DNA from: Clostridiales bacterium
GTDB taxonomy: Bacteria > Bacillota > Clostridia > Peptostreptococcales > Anaerovoracaceae
Assembly: GCA_009778945.1 (NCBI GenBank)
Contig: WRFF01000001.1
Location: 1 to 41,600 of the forward strand
Length of the DNA stretch: 41,600 nt
Direction: 5' to 3'
Numbering within the stretch: the first letter of the stretch is position 1; the number at the start of each line of letters is the position of its first letter. Below are positions 25,702 to 34,289 of this stretch, piece by piece. The notes beneath the pieces are model-generated. The model saw nothing but the letters and a program-made list of their open reading frames with translations, had not been told where the DNA came from and did not search any database. A program made the position numbers and the translations under genes.

Positions 25702-26537
25702 ATATGAACCCCTATCTTCCGCTGAAGGCGGAAATCGTGGATATCGTCCAGGAAACGACCGATTCGGAGCTCGATGTCAAAACCTACGCGCTGAAGCTCG
25801 GCGGCGGCGCGAAGATGGAGTTTATGCCCGGCCAGTTTGTGGAGCTTTCTGCCCCGGGCGTGGGCGAGGCGCCGTTCGGCTTCGCGTCCAATCCTCTCCG
25901 AAACGACACGATCGAAATCTCAATCAAGCGGACCGGGATGGTGACGGACGCGATCCACTCGCTCGAAATCGGCGACAGCATTTTTATTCGCGGGCCTTTC
26001 GGAAACACCTTTCCGGTGAAAGGGCTCGAGGGAAGCGATATCCTGTTTATTGCGGGCGGGCTCGGGCTTGCGCCGCTCCGTCCGCTCATCACTTATATCT
26101 TCGAGGAGGAAAACCGCGCAAAATACGGAAAGATACAGATGCTGATTGCCGCGCGCACACCCACGGATTTCATCTTTTTCCGCGATTATGCGGAATGGCG
26201 CAAAATAAAAGACGTAGAGATCACGCTCACGATCGACAACGAGGTCCCGAACTGGGCCGAACGGGTCGGGTTCCCGCACAATCTGGTTACGGAGATGTCG
26301 TTTGATTTGGAGAAGACTTATGCGGTTCTGTGCGGCCCGCCGATCATGATCAAAGCGGTTTCCCAAAAGCTCATGGAGATGGGGATGCCGCAGGACCGCA
26401 TTCTGACGACGCTGGAAATGCGTATGACCTGCGGCGTCGGGAACTGCGGGAAATGCAATATCGGCCATCAGTACGTATGCGTGGACGGGCCTGTCTTCAG
26501 CCTCGCGGAGCTGGAGGGAATGCCCGATGAGTATTGA
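25698..26537 (+). CDS. AsrB / sulfhydrogenase-gamma / FlxA-like FAD-NAD(P)H oxidoreductase with a C-terminal [2Fe-2S] site
   Basis: 279 aa. FMPGQFVELS, ILFIAGGLGLAPL, CGPPIM and C-terminal CGVGNCGKCNIG..VCVDGPVF. ATGA overlap. Confidence 0.75.
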   Translation: MNMNPYLPLKAEIVDIVQETTDSELDVKTYALKLGGGAKMEFMPGQFVELSAPGVGEAPFGFASNPLRNDTIEISIKRTGMVTDAIHSLEIGDSIFIRGPFGNTFPVKGLEGSDILFIAGGLGLAPLRPLITYIFEEENRAKYGKIQMLIAARTPTDFIFFRDYAEWRKIKDVEITLTIDNEVPNWAERVGFPHNLVTEMSFDLEKTYAVLCGPPIMIKAVSQKLMEMGMPQDRILTTLEMRMTCGVGNCGKCNIGHQYVCVDGPVFSLAELEGMPDEY

Positions 26538-26610
26538 GCGCGGCGCATGGGAACGGCGCAATAAATGATTTTTGTGAAAAGATTGTTTCGGAAAGGATAG
26601 AACGCAAAAA

Positions 26611-27486
26611 ATGGCGGAACTGTTAAAAGGCATGGAAGTCGCAAACGGAATGAAACAGCGGCTCATAGACAAGAATAACGAACTGATTGCGAAAGGGGTT
26701 GTCCCGTGCCTTGCCATCGTCCGGGTCGGGGGGCGGCCCGACGATCTGGCGTATGAAAGGGGCGCGCTGAAGCGCTTTGAAGGCCTTGGGATCCGGGTAA
26801 AGGTTGCGGAGATACCAGAATCGGCCACACAGGAGGCGTTTGAGCGGGAATTTTCCGAAATAAACGGGGATCCATCCGTTCACGGGATCCTGCTGTTTCG
26901 GCCGCTTCCGAAATCGCTGGACGAAGAGCCTGTCAAAAAACTCATCGATCCCGAAAAAGATGTGGACTGCATGTGCGCCGCCAACATCGCAAAAGTATTT
27001 ATGGGCGATGATTCGGGTTACGCGCCCTGCACGCCCCAGGCAGTCGTGGAGCTTCTGAAGCACTACGAAATCCCGCTTGCAGGCGCACAAATTGCGTTGA
27101 TCGGGCGTTCCATGGTTGTCGGCAAACCGCTTGCCATGCTACTGCTCAAGGAAAACGCTACGGTCACTCTTTGCCATTCCAAAACCGTGAATTTGCCGGA
27201 AGTTTGCCAGAGAGCGGACATTGTGGTCGCCGCGGCGGGCTCCGCCAAAATGGTAACGAAAGATTTTGTCAGGCCGGGTGCGGTCGTAATCGACGTGGGC
27301 ATCAATGACGACGGGGCCGGAGGCATCTGCGGCGACGTGGCTTTTGACGAGGCGGAAGCCGCCTGCGGCGCCATCACGCCCGTGCCGGGCGGCGTCGGGA
27401 GCGTCACGACCTCGGTTTTGGCCATGAATACGCTGAAGGCAGCGGAGCGCGCGCTCCTGCGTCCGGGCGGTCGGCCGGAGGGATAA
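26611..27486 (+). CDS. folD: Bifunctional methylene-THF dehydrogenase / methenyl-THF cyclohydrolase
   Basis: 291 aa. PCLAIVRVG, VHGILLFRPLP, CTPQAVVELL, IGRSMVVGKP and ITPVPGGVGSVT. Confidence 0.93.
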   Translation: MAELLKGMEVANGMKQRLIDKNNELIAKGVVPCLAIVRVGGRPDDLAYERGALKRFEGLGIRVKVAEIPESATQEAFEREFSEINGDPSVHGILLFRPLPKSLDEEPVKKLIDPEKDVDCMCAANIAKVFMGDDSGYAPCTPQAVVELLKHYEIPLAGAQIALIGRSMVVGKPLAMLLLKENATVTLCHSKTVNLPEVCQRADIVVAAAGSAKMVTKDFVRPGAVVIDVGINDDGAGGICGDVAFDEAEAACGAITPVPGGVGSVTTSVLAMNTLKAAERALLRPGGRPEG

Positions 27487-27594
27487 GCAGACGGAAAACT
27501 CGAGGAAACACCGGTAAATAACCTGAAATTGGTATCGGTATTTCCCTAAATTTATTATGGCATATTGCAAAAAGTAAAAATTAAGGAGGAAACA

Positions 27595-29271
27595 ATGAGT
27601 TTTAAGTCAGACATCGAAATCGCACAGGAAACGGAAATGCGGCCGATCGCGGAGATCGCGGAAAAACTCGGCATCGACGAGAAATACGTGGATCCATACG
27701 GAAAATACAAAGCAAAGATCGATTACAATATTTTGGACAATTATGCGGACAAACCGAACGGGAAGCTCGTGCTCGTGACGGCGATCACGCCTACGCCGGC
27801 TGGCGAAGGGAAAACGACGACGACCGTCGGCCTTTCGGACGCGCTTCGGTATATCGGCAAGAAGAGCGTTGTGGCGCTGCGGGAACCGTCGCTCGGCCCC
27901 GTGTTCGGCGTGAAAGGCGGCGCCGCGGGCGGCGGATACGCGCAGGTCGTCCCGATGGAGGATATCAACCTGCATTTCACCGGGGATTTCCACGCGATCG
28001 GCGCGGCGAACAATCTGCTCGCAGCCATGCTGGACAACCATATCCATCAGGGCAACGAGCTCGGTATCGATGGGCGCCGGATCATCTGGAAGCGCTGCAT
28101 GGATATGAACGACCGGCAGTTGCGCTTCGTCGTGGACGGCCTCGGCGGCAAAGCGAACGGCACGCCGCGTGAAGACGGGTTTGACATCACGGTCGCATCG
28201 GAGATCATGGCAATTCTGTGCCTGTCGAAAAATATCCGCGATATGAAGGAGCGGATCGGGCGCATTATCGTCGCGTATACGTATGACGGCAAGCCGGTGA
28301 CGGCAAGCGATCTGAAGGCGCAGGGCGCGATGGCCGCGTTGTTGAAAGAAGCGCTTAAACCCAATCTTGTACAGACGCTCGAAGGCACCCCGGCGTTTAT
28401 CCATGGCGGGCCTTTTGCGAATATCGCGCATGGCTGCAATTCGGCGATGGCCACGCGCCTCGCGCTCAAACTCGGCGATTACGCCGTGACGGAAGCCGGC
28501 TTCGGCGCGGATCTCGGAGCGGAAAAATTTATGGACATCAAATGCCGCGCATTGGGGATCAAGCCAAGCGCAGCCGTCATCGTGGCGACGGTCCGCGCGC
28601 TGAAGCACCACGGGGGCGTCCCCAAGACCGAGTACGGCGTCGAAAATCTCGAAGCGCTCGAAAAAGGGCTCCCGAACCTGCTGCAGCATGTGGCGAACGT
28701 CACGCAGGTTTTCGGCATCCCCGCGGTCGTCGCCATCAACCGGTTCCCGACCGATACGGAAGCGGAACTCAAACTGATCGAAACCAAATGCCGCGAACTC
28801 GGCGTCAACGTGGCGCTTTCGGAAGTGCATTCCAAAGGCGGCGCGGGCGGCGAAGCGTTGGCGAAGGAAGTCGTCCGGCTGTGTGAGACGGAGAGCGTGC
28901 TGAACCATCCCTACGATCTGACGGATTCGATCGAAGACAAACTGTACAAAATCGCCACGAAAGTCTATCACGGCTCAGGCGTCGCGCTCACGGCGGAGGC
29001 GAAGAAACAGGTTGAGCTGCTGACGTCGCTGGGCTTCGCGGAATTCCCGATCTGCATGGCGAAGACGCAGTACAGCTTTTCGGATAACGCCGCGCTGATC
29101 GGCGCGCCGAAGGATTTTGAGGTGACGGTACGCAATCTGAAAGTATCGGCGGGCGCGGGCTTTATCGTGGCGCTTACGGGCGATATCATGACGATGCCGG
29201 GCCTTCCAAAAGTGCCGAGCGCCGAAAAGATCGACGTGGACGACAACGGAAAGATCGAAGGATTGTTCTAG
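27595..29271 (+). CDS. fhs: Formate-tetrahydrofolate ligase
   Basis: 558 aa from the ATG at 27595 (AAGGAGG upstream). SDIEIAQE...[16 protein letters not shown]...[19 protein letters not shown]. Confidence 0.96.
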   Translation: MSFKSDIEIAQETEMRPIAEIAEKLGIDEKYVDPYGKYKAKIDYNILDNYADKPNGKLVLVTAITPTPAGEGKTTTTVGLSDALRYIGKKSVVALREPSLGPVFGVKGGAAGGGYAQVVPMEDINLHFTGDFHAIGAANNLLAAMLDNHIHQGNELGIDGRRIIWKRCMDMNDRQLRFVVDGLGGKANGTPREDGFDITVASEIMAILCLSKNIRDMKERIGRIIVAYTYDGKPVTASDLKAQGAMAALLKEALKPNLVQTLEGTPAFIHGGPFANIAHGCNSAMATRLALKLGDYAVTEAGFGADLGAEKFMDIKCRALGIKPSAAVIVATVRALKHHGGVPKTEYGVENLEALEKGLPNLLQHVANVTQVFGIPAVVAINRFPTDTEAELKLIETKCRELGVNVALSEVHSKGGAGGEALAKEVVRLCETESVLNHPYDLTDSIEDKLYKIATKVYHGSGVALTAEAKKQVELLTSLGFAEFPICMAKTQYSFSDNAALIGAPKDFEVTVRNLKVSAGAGFIVALTGDIMTMPGLPKVPSAEKIDVDDNGKIEGLF

Positions 29272-29296
29272 GAAGCATTGATTGAGGAGCCCGAAG

Positions 29297-29740
29297 ATGA
29301 ATAAAGAAAACCTTCTGGATACCTTGCTGGCGCGTCAAAACGCCAGCAAGGAAGGGTATCTGGACCGTGAAGCGATCGCCGCTGTCGCGGAAGAATTCGC
29401 GATGCCGGAAACGAGGGTGTTTGAGATCGCTTCCTATTACGCGATGCTCGAAATCGAGCCGCAGGCAAAATACGTGTTGGAGATTTGCAACTCGACGCCC
29501 TGTTATTTTTCGAAGTCGAATGAAGTCGCGGCCTGGGTCGAAGGCGAACTGGACGTAAAGCCCGGCGACGTCACAGGCGACGGCTTGTTCAGTTGGCATT
29601 ACACGCCTTGCGTAGGGGCATGTGATATCGGCCCTGTGATCAAGGTTCGGGATACGGTGTACGGTGATCTGACAAAGGAAACAGTTCACGCGCTGATTCA
29701 GGATCTCAGAAATGCGAAAAATGGCAAAAAATTTCGGTAA
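29297..29740 (+). CDS. NuoE/HydC-like [2Fe-2S] subunit associated with the formate dehydrogenase
   Basis: 147 aa. ICNSTPC...YTPCVGACDIGPV is the thioredoxin-like 2Fe-2S motif. The last ~7 codons (KNGKKFR*) lie inside the left arm of the palindromic element. Confidence 0.8.
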   Translation: MNKENLLDTLLARQNASKEGYLDREAIAAVAEEFAMPETRVFEIASYYAMLEIEPQAKYVLEICNSTPCYFSKSNEVAAWVEGELDVKPGDVTGDGLFSWHYTPCVGACDIGPVIKVRDTVYGDLTKETVHALIQDLRNAKNGKKFR

Positions 29741-29829
29741 TGGACGATTTTATTGCAAAAAAGGCCGCGAAAAGACAAATAACGGCGATATTCAGGGTGA
29801 AATTCATCCATTACCGAAAAAAAATTGCC
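29723..29829 (+). repeat. Palindromic element copy between the nuoE-like and nuoF-like genes (arms 29723-29751 / 29800-29829)
   Basis: GGCAAAAAATTTCGGTAATGGACGATTTT ... AAATTCATCCATTACCGAAAAAAAATTGCC, with a 12-bp perfect core (TTCGGTAATGGA). The spacer is homologous to the spacers at 34213-34259 and, in reverse complement, at 1199-1243. Confidence 0.75.
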
Positions 29830-29874
29830 AAAAACTAACTCGCTTCTGTTATTACAATAAATGGAAAGGACGTT

Positions 29875-31143
29875 GTGCAAATAATGAATAAAGAACCTGT
29901 TTTGCTGAAGCGGATAGGGAAAATGCGGGATCCCGCGTCGGTGGAGGAATATACCGGCCTGGGCGGGTTTGCTGCGCTCCGTAAGGCCGTCCAGATGGAT
30001 AAGGAAGATATCCTGAAGGAAATCGACACCGCCAACCTGAGAGGGCGCGGCGGCGCGGCCTATCCGGCCGGCCGCAAATGGCGCCAGCTTTATGGGATCG
30101 AAGGGACCCCGAAATATATCGTGTGCAACGCCGACGAGGGCGAGCCGGGGACGTTTAAAGACAAGGTGCTTTTGGAGAAGGACCCGCTCAGCGTCATCGA
30201 AGGCATGCTGGTCGCAGCCTGTGTATTCGATTCGCCGGAAGGCTTTATCTATATCCGCGGCGAGTATCACACGGTCCGGCAGGCGTTCCAAAAGGCCGTC
30301 GACAGCGCGGCGGCGGCCGGGTTCCTCGGAAAAGACATCCTGGGCGTCAAAGGGTTTGACTTTACGATCACGATCGTATCGGGGGCCGGCGCCTATGTCT
30401 GCGGCGAGAATTCGGCGCTTCTGAACTCCATCGAAGGGAAGACGGGGCGCCCCCGCGTCAAACCCCCGCACCTGGCTGAGGTCGGTTTGAATCAGAAACC
30501 TACGCTTGTGAACAACGTCGAGACGTTCGCCTGTATCCCGGTTATTTTGAATATCGGCGGAAAGGCGTTTCTTGAGATGGGGGCCGAGGACGGGGGCGGC
30601 ACGAAGCTTGTTTCGATCTCGGGGCACCTGAAAAATCGCGGGGTGTTTGAAGTGCCGCTCGGCACTCCGTTCGAGGATGTGCTCTACGCGGAGGAATATG
30701 GCGGCGGGCCTTTCGAAGGCAAGCCGATCAAATTTCTGCATTTGGGCGGGCAGTCGGGGCCGCTTGCGTTTCCGGAGCAAATAGGCGGCGCGTACAGTTA
30801 TAAGGGCCTTGAAGACAAAAAGCTGGCGATCGGGTCCGGCGCTATCGTGGCCATGGACGAGAGCGTCAGCGTTGTGGAATATTCGAAAAAGGTGATGGAA
30901 TTCTTTGTCTACGAATCCTGCGGCAAATGCACCCCGTGCCGTATCGGGACGACCCGGATACTGGAACTGCTTGAGGATTTTGTGAGCGGCGCTGCGGAAA
31001 AAGGGGACATCGAGAAACTCGACGCCATGCTGACGCAGGTGATGGCCTTGTCCGCCTGCGGGCTGGGACAGACCGCGGGCGTGGCCGTACGGTCGGCGCT
31101 CACCCATCGGCGGGCCGAATTTGAGGCGCGTATCAGCGGGTAA
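29875..31143 (+). CDS. NuoF-like NAD(H)/FMN/[4Fe-4S] subunit, minimal form without extra ferredoxin domains
   Basis: 422 aa. RGRGGAAYPAGRKW, CNADEGEPGTFKD, ESCGKCTPCRIGT and LSACGLGQ. The start is ambiguous (GTG 29875 or ATG 29884). Confidence 0.85.
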   Translation: MQIMNKEPVLLKRIGKMRDPASVEEYTGLGGFAALRKAVQMDKEDILKEIDTANLRGRGGAAYPAGRKWRQLYGIEGTPKYIVCNADEGEPGTFKDKVLLEKDPLSVIEGMLVAACVFDSPEGFIYIRGEYHTVRQAFQKAVDSAAAAGFLGKDILGVKGFDFTITIVSGAGAYVCGENSALLNSIEGKTGRPRVKPPHLAEVGLNQKPTLVNNVETFACIPVILNIGGKAFLEMGAEDGGGTKLVSISGHLKNRGVFEVPLGTPFEDVLYAEEYGGGPFEGKPIKFLHLGGQSGPLAFPEQIGGAYSYKGLEDKKLAIGSGAIVAMDESVSVVEYSKKVMEFFVYESCGKCTPCRIGTTRILELLEDFVSGAAEKGDIEKLDAMLTQVMALSACGLGQTAGVAVRSALTHRRAEFEARISG

Positions 31144-31234
31144 AAAGCCGGTCAGGAGAAGCGCATGAAGGAAAGGGTATATAGCTGCGAAAACTCATTT
31201 TATGTGGGAATTGGAAGCTGTTGGAGGTAAACTG

Positions 31235-33964
31235 ATGTCGACTGCTGAAAATAAAGAAAATACGACAAATATAGTCCAGTTAAAAATTGACGGGAAGCCG
31301 GTCTCCGTCCCGGAGGGGACGACCATTTTGGATGCCGCATCCGAACTGGGGATCGAAATCCCGACTCTGTGCCATTTGAAGGATCTGGCGCCGGACGGTT
31401 CGTGCCGGCTGTGCATTGTGGAAATAGAGAACGGCCGTAAGGGCGGGCTCCTTCCGGCTTGTTCGGAGCACTGTGCGGAGGGGATGAAGGTCTCCACGCA
31501 TTCGGATAAGGTTGTGGAATCCCGCAGGTTCGTGCTGGATCTCATGCTGAGCGTACATCCGCTGAATTGTTTCGGCTGTGGCAGAAACGGGGACTGCAAA
31601 CTTCAGGAGTACGCGCTGGATTACGGTCTTGAAGCGACGAGCTTCACGCACGGAAAGGGTGCGCAGCGAGGGGAAAAAGATACCTCAAATCCGCTGTTCG
31701 ACTACAATCCGGAGCTCTGCCTGATGTGCGGAAGATGCATACGAATCTGTGAGCAGATGCAGGGACGGGATGTCATCAGCATGACGGGCAGGGGGTTTGA
31801 CTGCCATATGACCCCTGCTTATTTGCTGCCTTGGAGCGAGTCGGTCTGTGAATCCTGCGGGAACTGCGTATCGTATTGCCCCACCGGGGCGCTGACGTCG
31901 AGAGACAGCAGAAAGTACAGAATGTGGGAGGTCTCGAAGGTGCGCACGACCTGCCCGCATTGCGGCACTGGCTGCCAGATGGATCTTTTGGTGAAAAATA
32001 ATAAGGTTGTGGGCGTCGAGCCGGCGGACGGGCCTGCCAATCAGGGGCTGCTCTGCGTCAAGGGCAAATTCGGGTCACACAAATTCATCCATTCCGGGGA
32101 TCGTTTGACGCATCCCCTCATAAAAAGGAACGGGGTCTTTGAGCGAGCAAGCTGGGATGAGGCGCTCGGCCTTATCGCAACAAAATTTACGGAGATCAAG
32201 GAAAAACACGGGCCGGACGCGATCGCGGGCTCCTCGTGTTCGCGCGCCCCGAACGAAGACAATTATGTATTTCAGAAGATGGTGCGCACGGCGTTCGGCA
32301 CGAATAACGTGGACAACTGCGCCAGGGTATGCCATTCGGCGTCGGTCCACGGCCTCGCGATGACGCTCGGATCGGGCGCCATGACGAACCCGATCCAGGA
32401 CATTACGCGGGACATCGACGTGATCCTTCTCATCGGTTCGAACCCGACCGAGGCGCATCCGGTGATCGGCGCGCAGATACGCCAGGCGCTGAGGCGCGGA
32501 ACGAAGCTGATCGTCGTCGACCCCCGGAAAATAGACCTCGTCAAAGACGCGGAAATCCATCTGCAGATCCGCCCCGGGACGAACGTGGCTTTCGCCAACG
32601 GCATGGTGCACGTCATCATCGAAGAAGGGCTCGCGGACAAAGAGTTTATCGAGGCGAGGACGGAGGGCTTTGAGGAGCTTTCCGAAATCGTCAAGGAATA
32701 TACCCCCGAAAAGGTCTCTGAGATCTGCGGCATCGACCCGGAGGGCCTGCGCCGGGCGGCCCGGCTCTACGCCAAAGCCGACAAAGCCCCGATCATCTAC
32801 TGCCTCGGCGTGACAGAGCATTCAGCCGGCACGGAAGGCGTCATGAGCCTTTCGAACATCGCGATGTCTGTCGGAAAACTCGGTCGGTCCGGTTGCGGCA
32901 TCAATCCGCTGCGAGGCCAGAACAACGTGCAGGGCGCGTGCGACATGGGTTGCCTGCCGGACAAATTCCCCGGTTATCAGAACTCCACGGCGCCCGAGAG
33001 CATCGAAAAATTCGAAAAGGCGTGGGGCGTGAAGCTCAATCATGAAATGGGAATGACAGCCACGCTGGTCCCTCAGGCCGCCATAGACGGGAAGATCAAA
33101 GGGTATTATATCTTCGGAGAGGACCCTGTCGTCTCCGACCCGGATACGGAGCATATCAAGAAAGGTCTCGAAAGCCTCGACTTCCTTGTCGTGCAGGAAC
33201 TGTTCATGACCGAGACGGCGGAGCTCGCCGACGTCGTCCTGCCCGGCATGAGCTACGCCGAAAAAGAGGGCACCTTCACAAACACGGAGCGCAGGGTGCA
33301 GCGGGTACGAAAAGCGGTCAGCCTCGAAGGTGAAATGCGCCTTGACACGGATATTTTCTGCGACGTGATGACCCGAATGGGCGTTCCCTGCCGCTATGAC
33401 AGCGCCGCCGATATTATGTGCGAAATCGCGTCGGTCACGCCGTCCTACGGCGGCATCTCTTTTGAACGCCTCGACGCGGGCGAATCCCTGCAGTGGCCGT
33501 GCCCGGACAAGGACAGCAAAGGCACCTATTTCCTGCATAAAGACAAGTTCACGCGCGGGTTGGGCTGGTTCTATCCCGCCGTTTTCAAGGAGCCGATGGA
33601 ACTGCCGGACACCGAGTATCCGATGACGATGGTTACGGGGCGCATGCTGTACCACTACAACGCGGGAGCCATGACGGCGAGGACGGAAGGGATCAACGAG
33701 ATTTCGGGCAGTTCGTACATCGAGATGAACGCCTCCGACGCGGCAGCGATGGGCGTGAAAGACGGAGACCGGGTAAAGGTCGCCTCCCGCCGCGGCGAGA
33801 TCGAGACGACGGCCCGGGTCGGCGATATAACCAGTCCGACGGAAGTGTTTATGACGTTCCACTTCCCGGACGGCAACGTGAATAAACTCACGAACCCGGT
33901 GTTTGACGATATCGCCCACATCCCGGAATACAAGGTGTGCGCGGTGCGGGTCAGCCGGGCCTAA
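31235..33964 (+). CDS. fdhA: Molybdopterin (Mo/W-bisPGD) formate dehydrogenase catalytic subunit with an N-terminal NuoG-like Fe-S domain; Cys-type
   Basis: 909 aa from the ATG at 31235 (GGAGG 7 nt upstream). N-terminal 2Fe-2S (CHL...DGSCRLC), ferredoxin motifs (CLMCGRCIRIC, CESCGNCVSYCP), TTCPHCGTGC and NCARVCHSASVHGL, with Cys (TGC 32330-32332) at the Sec/Cys position. Confidence 0.9.
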   Translation: MSTAENKENTTNIVQLKIDGKPVSVPEGTTILDAASELGIEIPTLCHLKDLAPDGSCRLCIVEIENGRKGGLLPACSEHCAEGMKVSTHSDKVVESRRFVLDLMLSVHPLNCFGCGRNGDCKLQEYALDYGLEATSFTHGKGAQRGEKDTSNPLFDYNPELCLMCGRCIRICEQMQGRDVISMTGRGFDCHMTPAYLLPWSESVCESCGNCVSYCPTGALTSRDSRKYRMWEVSKVRTTCPHCGTGCQMDLLVKNNKVVGVEPADGPANQGLLCVKGKFGSHKFIHSGDRLTHPLIKRNGVFERASWDEALGLIATKFTEIKEKHGPDAIAGSSCSRAPNEDNYVFQKMVRTAFGTNNVDNCARVCHSASVHGLAMTLGSGAMTNPIQDITRDIDVILLIGSNPTEAHPVIGAQIRQALRRGTKLIVVDPRKIDLVKDAEIHLQIRPGTNVAFANGMVHVIIEEGLADKEFIEARTEGFEELSEIVKEYTPEKVSEICGIDPEGLRRAARLYAKADKAPIIYCLGVTEHSAGTEGVMSLSNIAMSVGKLGRSGCGINPLRGQNNVQGACDMGCLPDKFPGYQNSTAPESIEKFEKAWGVKLNHEMGMTATLVPQAAIDGKIKGYYIFGEDPVVSDPDTEHIKKGLESLDFLVVQELFMTETAELADVVLPGMSYAEKEGTFTNTERRVQRVRKAVSLEGEMRLDTDIFCDVMTRMGVPCRYDSAADIMCEIASVTPSYGGISFERLDAGESLQWPCPDKDSKGTYFLHKDKFTRGLGWFYPAVFKEPMELPDTEYPMTMVTGRMLYHYNAGAMTARTEGINEISGSSYIEMNASDAAAMGVKDGDRVKVASRRGEIETTARVGDITSPTEVFMTFHFPDGNVNKLTNPVFDDIAHIPEYKVCAVRVSRA

Positions 33965-34053
33965 ATGTAATACTGCTTCTAAGGAAACACTGATTAAATC
34001 TCTGGAACATATCTGCGATGTTATTTAGCCCAAACCCTTCGTTGGAAATACTC

Positions 34054-34080
34054 GCTTTGCAACCAGCAAAGCTCCGTTTT
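34054..34080 (+). terminator. Weak terminator-like hairpin after fdhA
   Basis: GCTTTGC-aacca-GCAAAGC followed by TCCGTTTT. Confidence 0.3.
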
Positions 34081-34183
34081 CCGCCTCGATTTTGTGCAAA
34101 ATCCCTATCGCAGATACATACCGTTTCTTTAAGCAACGCTTCCCTAAGCAAAAAAGTTGCGTGCAGAGAAATGCGAGAAAAAT

Positions 34184-34289
34184 AGCACAAAATGGCGGTT
34201 ATGTATGATTTTATTGCGAAAAAAGCTGAAAAAAGGGTGAATAAGGGTGTTTCGGAGGCAAAATTCATACATAACCGCAATTTTGTGCT
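34184..34289 (+). repeat. Palindromic element copy upstream of fdhD (arms 34184-34212 / 34260-34289)
   Basis: AGCACAAAATGGCGGTTATGTATGATTTT ... AAAATTCATACATAACCGCAATTTTGTGCT: a nearly perfect ~29-bp stem around a 47-nt spacer. Confidence 0.8.

Noticed and set aside
32330-32332. Possible selenocysteine (in-frame TGA) in the formate dehydrogenase or the HdrA/MvhD genes.
   Set aside because: All of these ORFs are uninterrupted. The FDH active-site position is a TGC Cys codon, and no SECIS-like context is needed.
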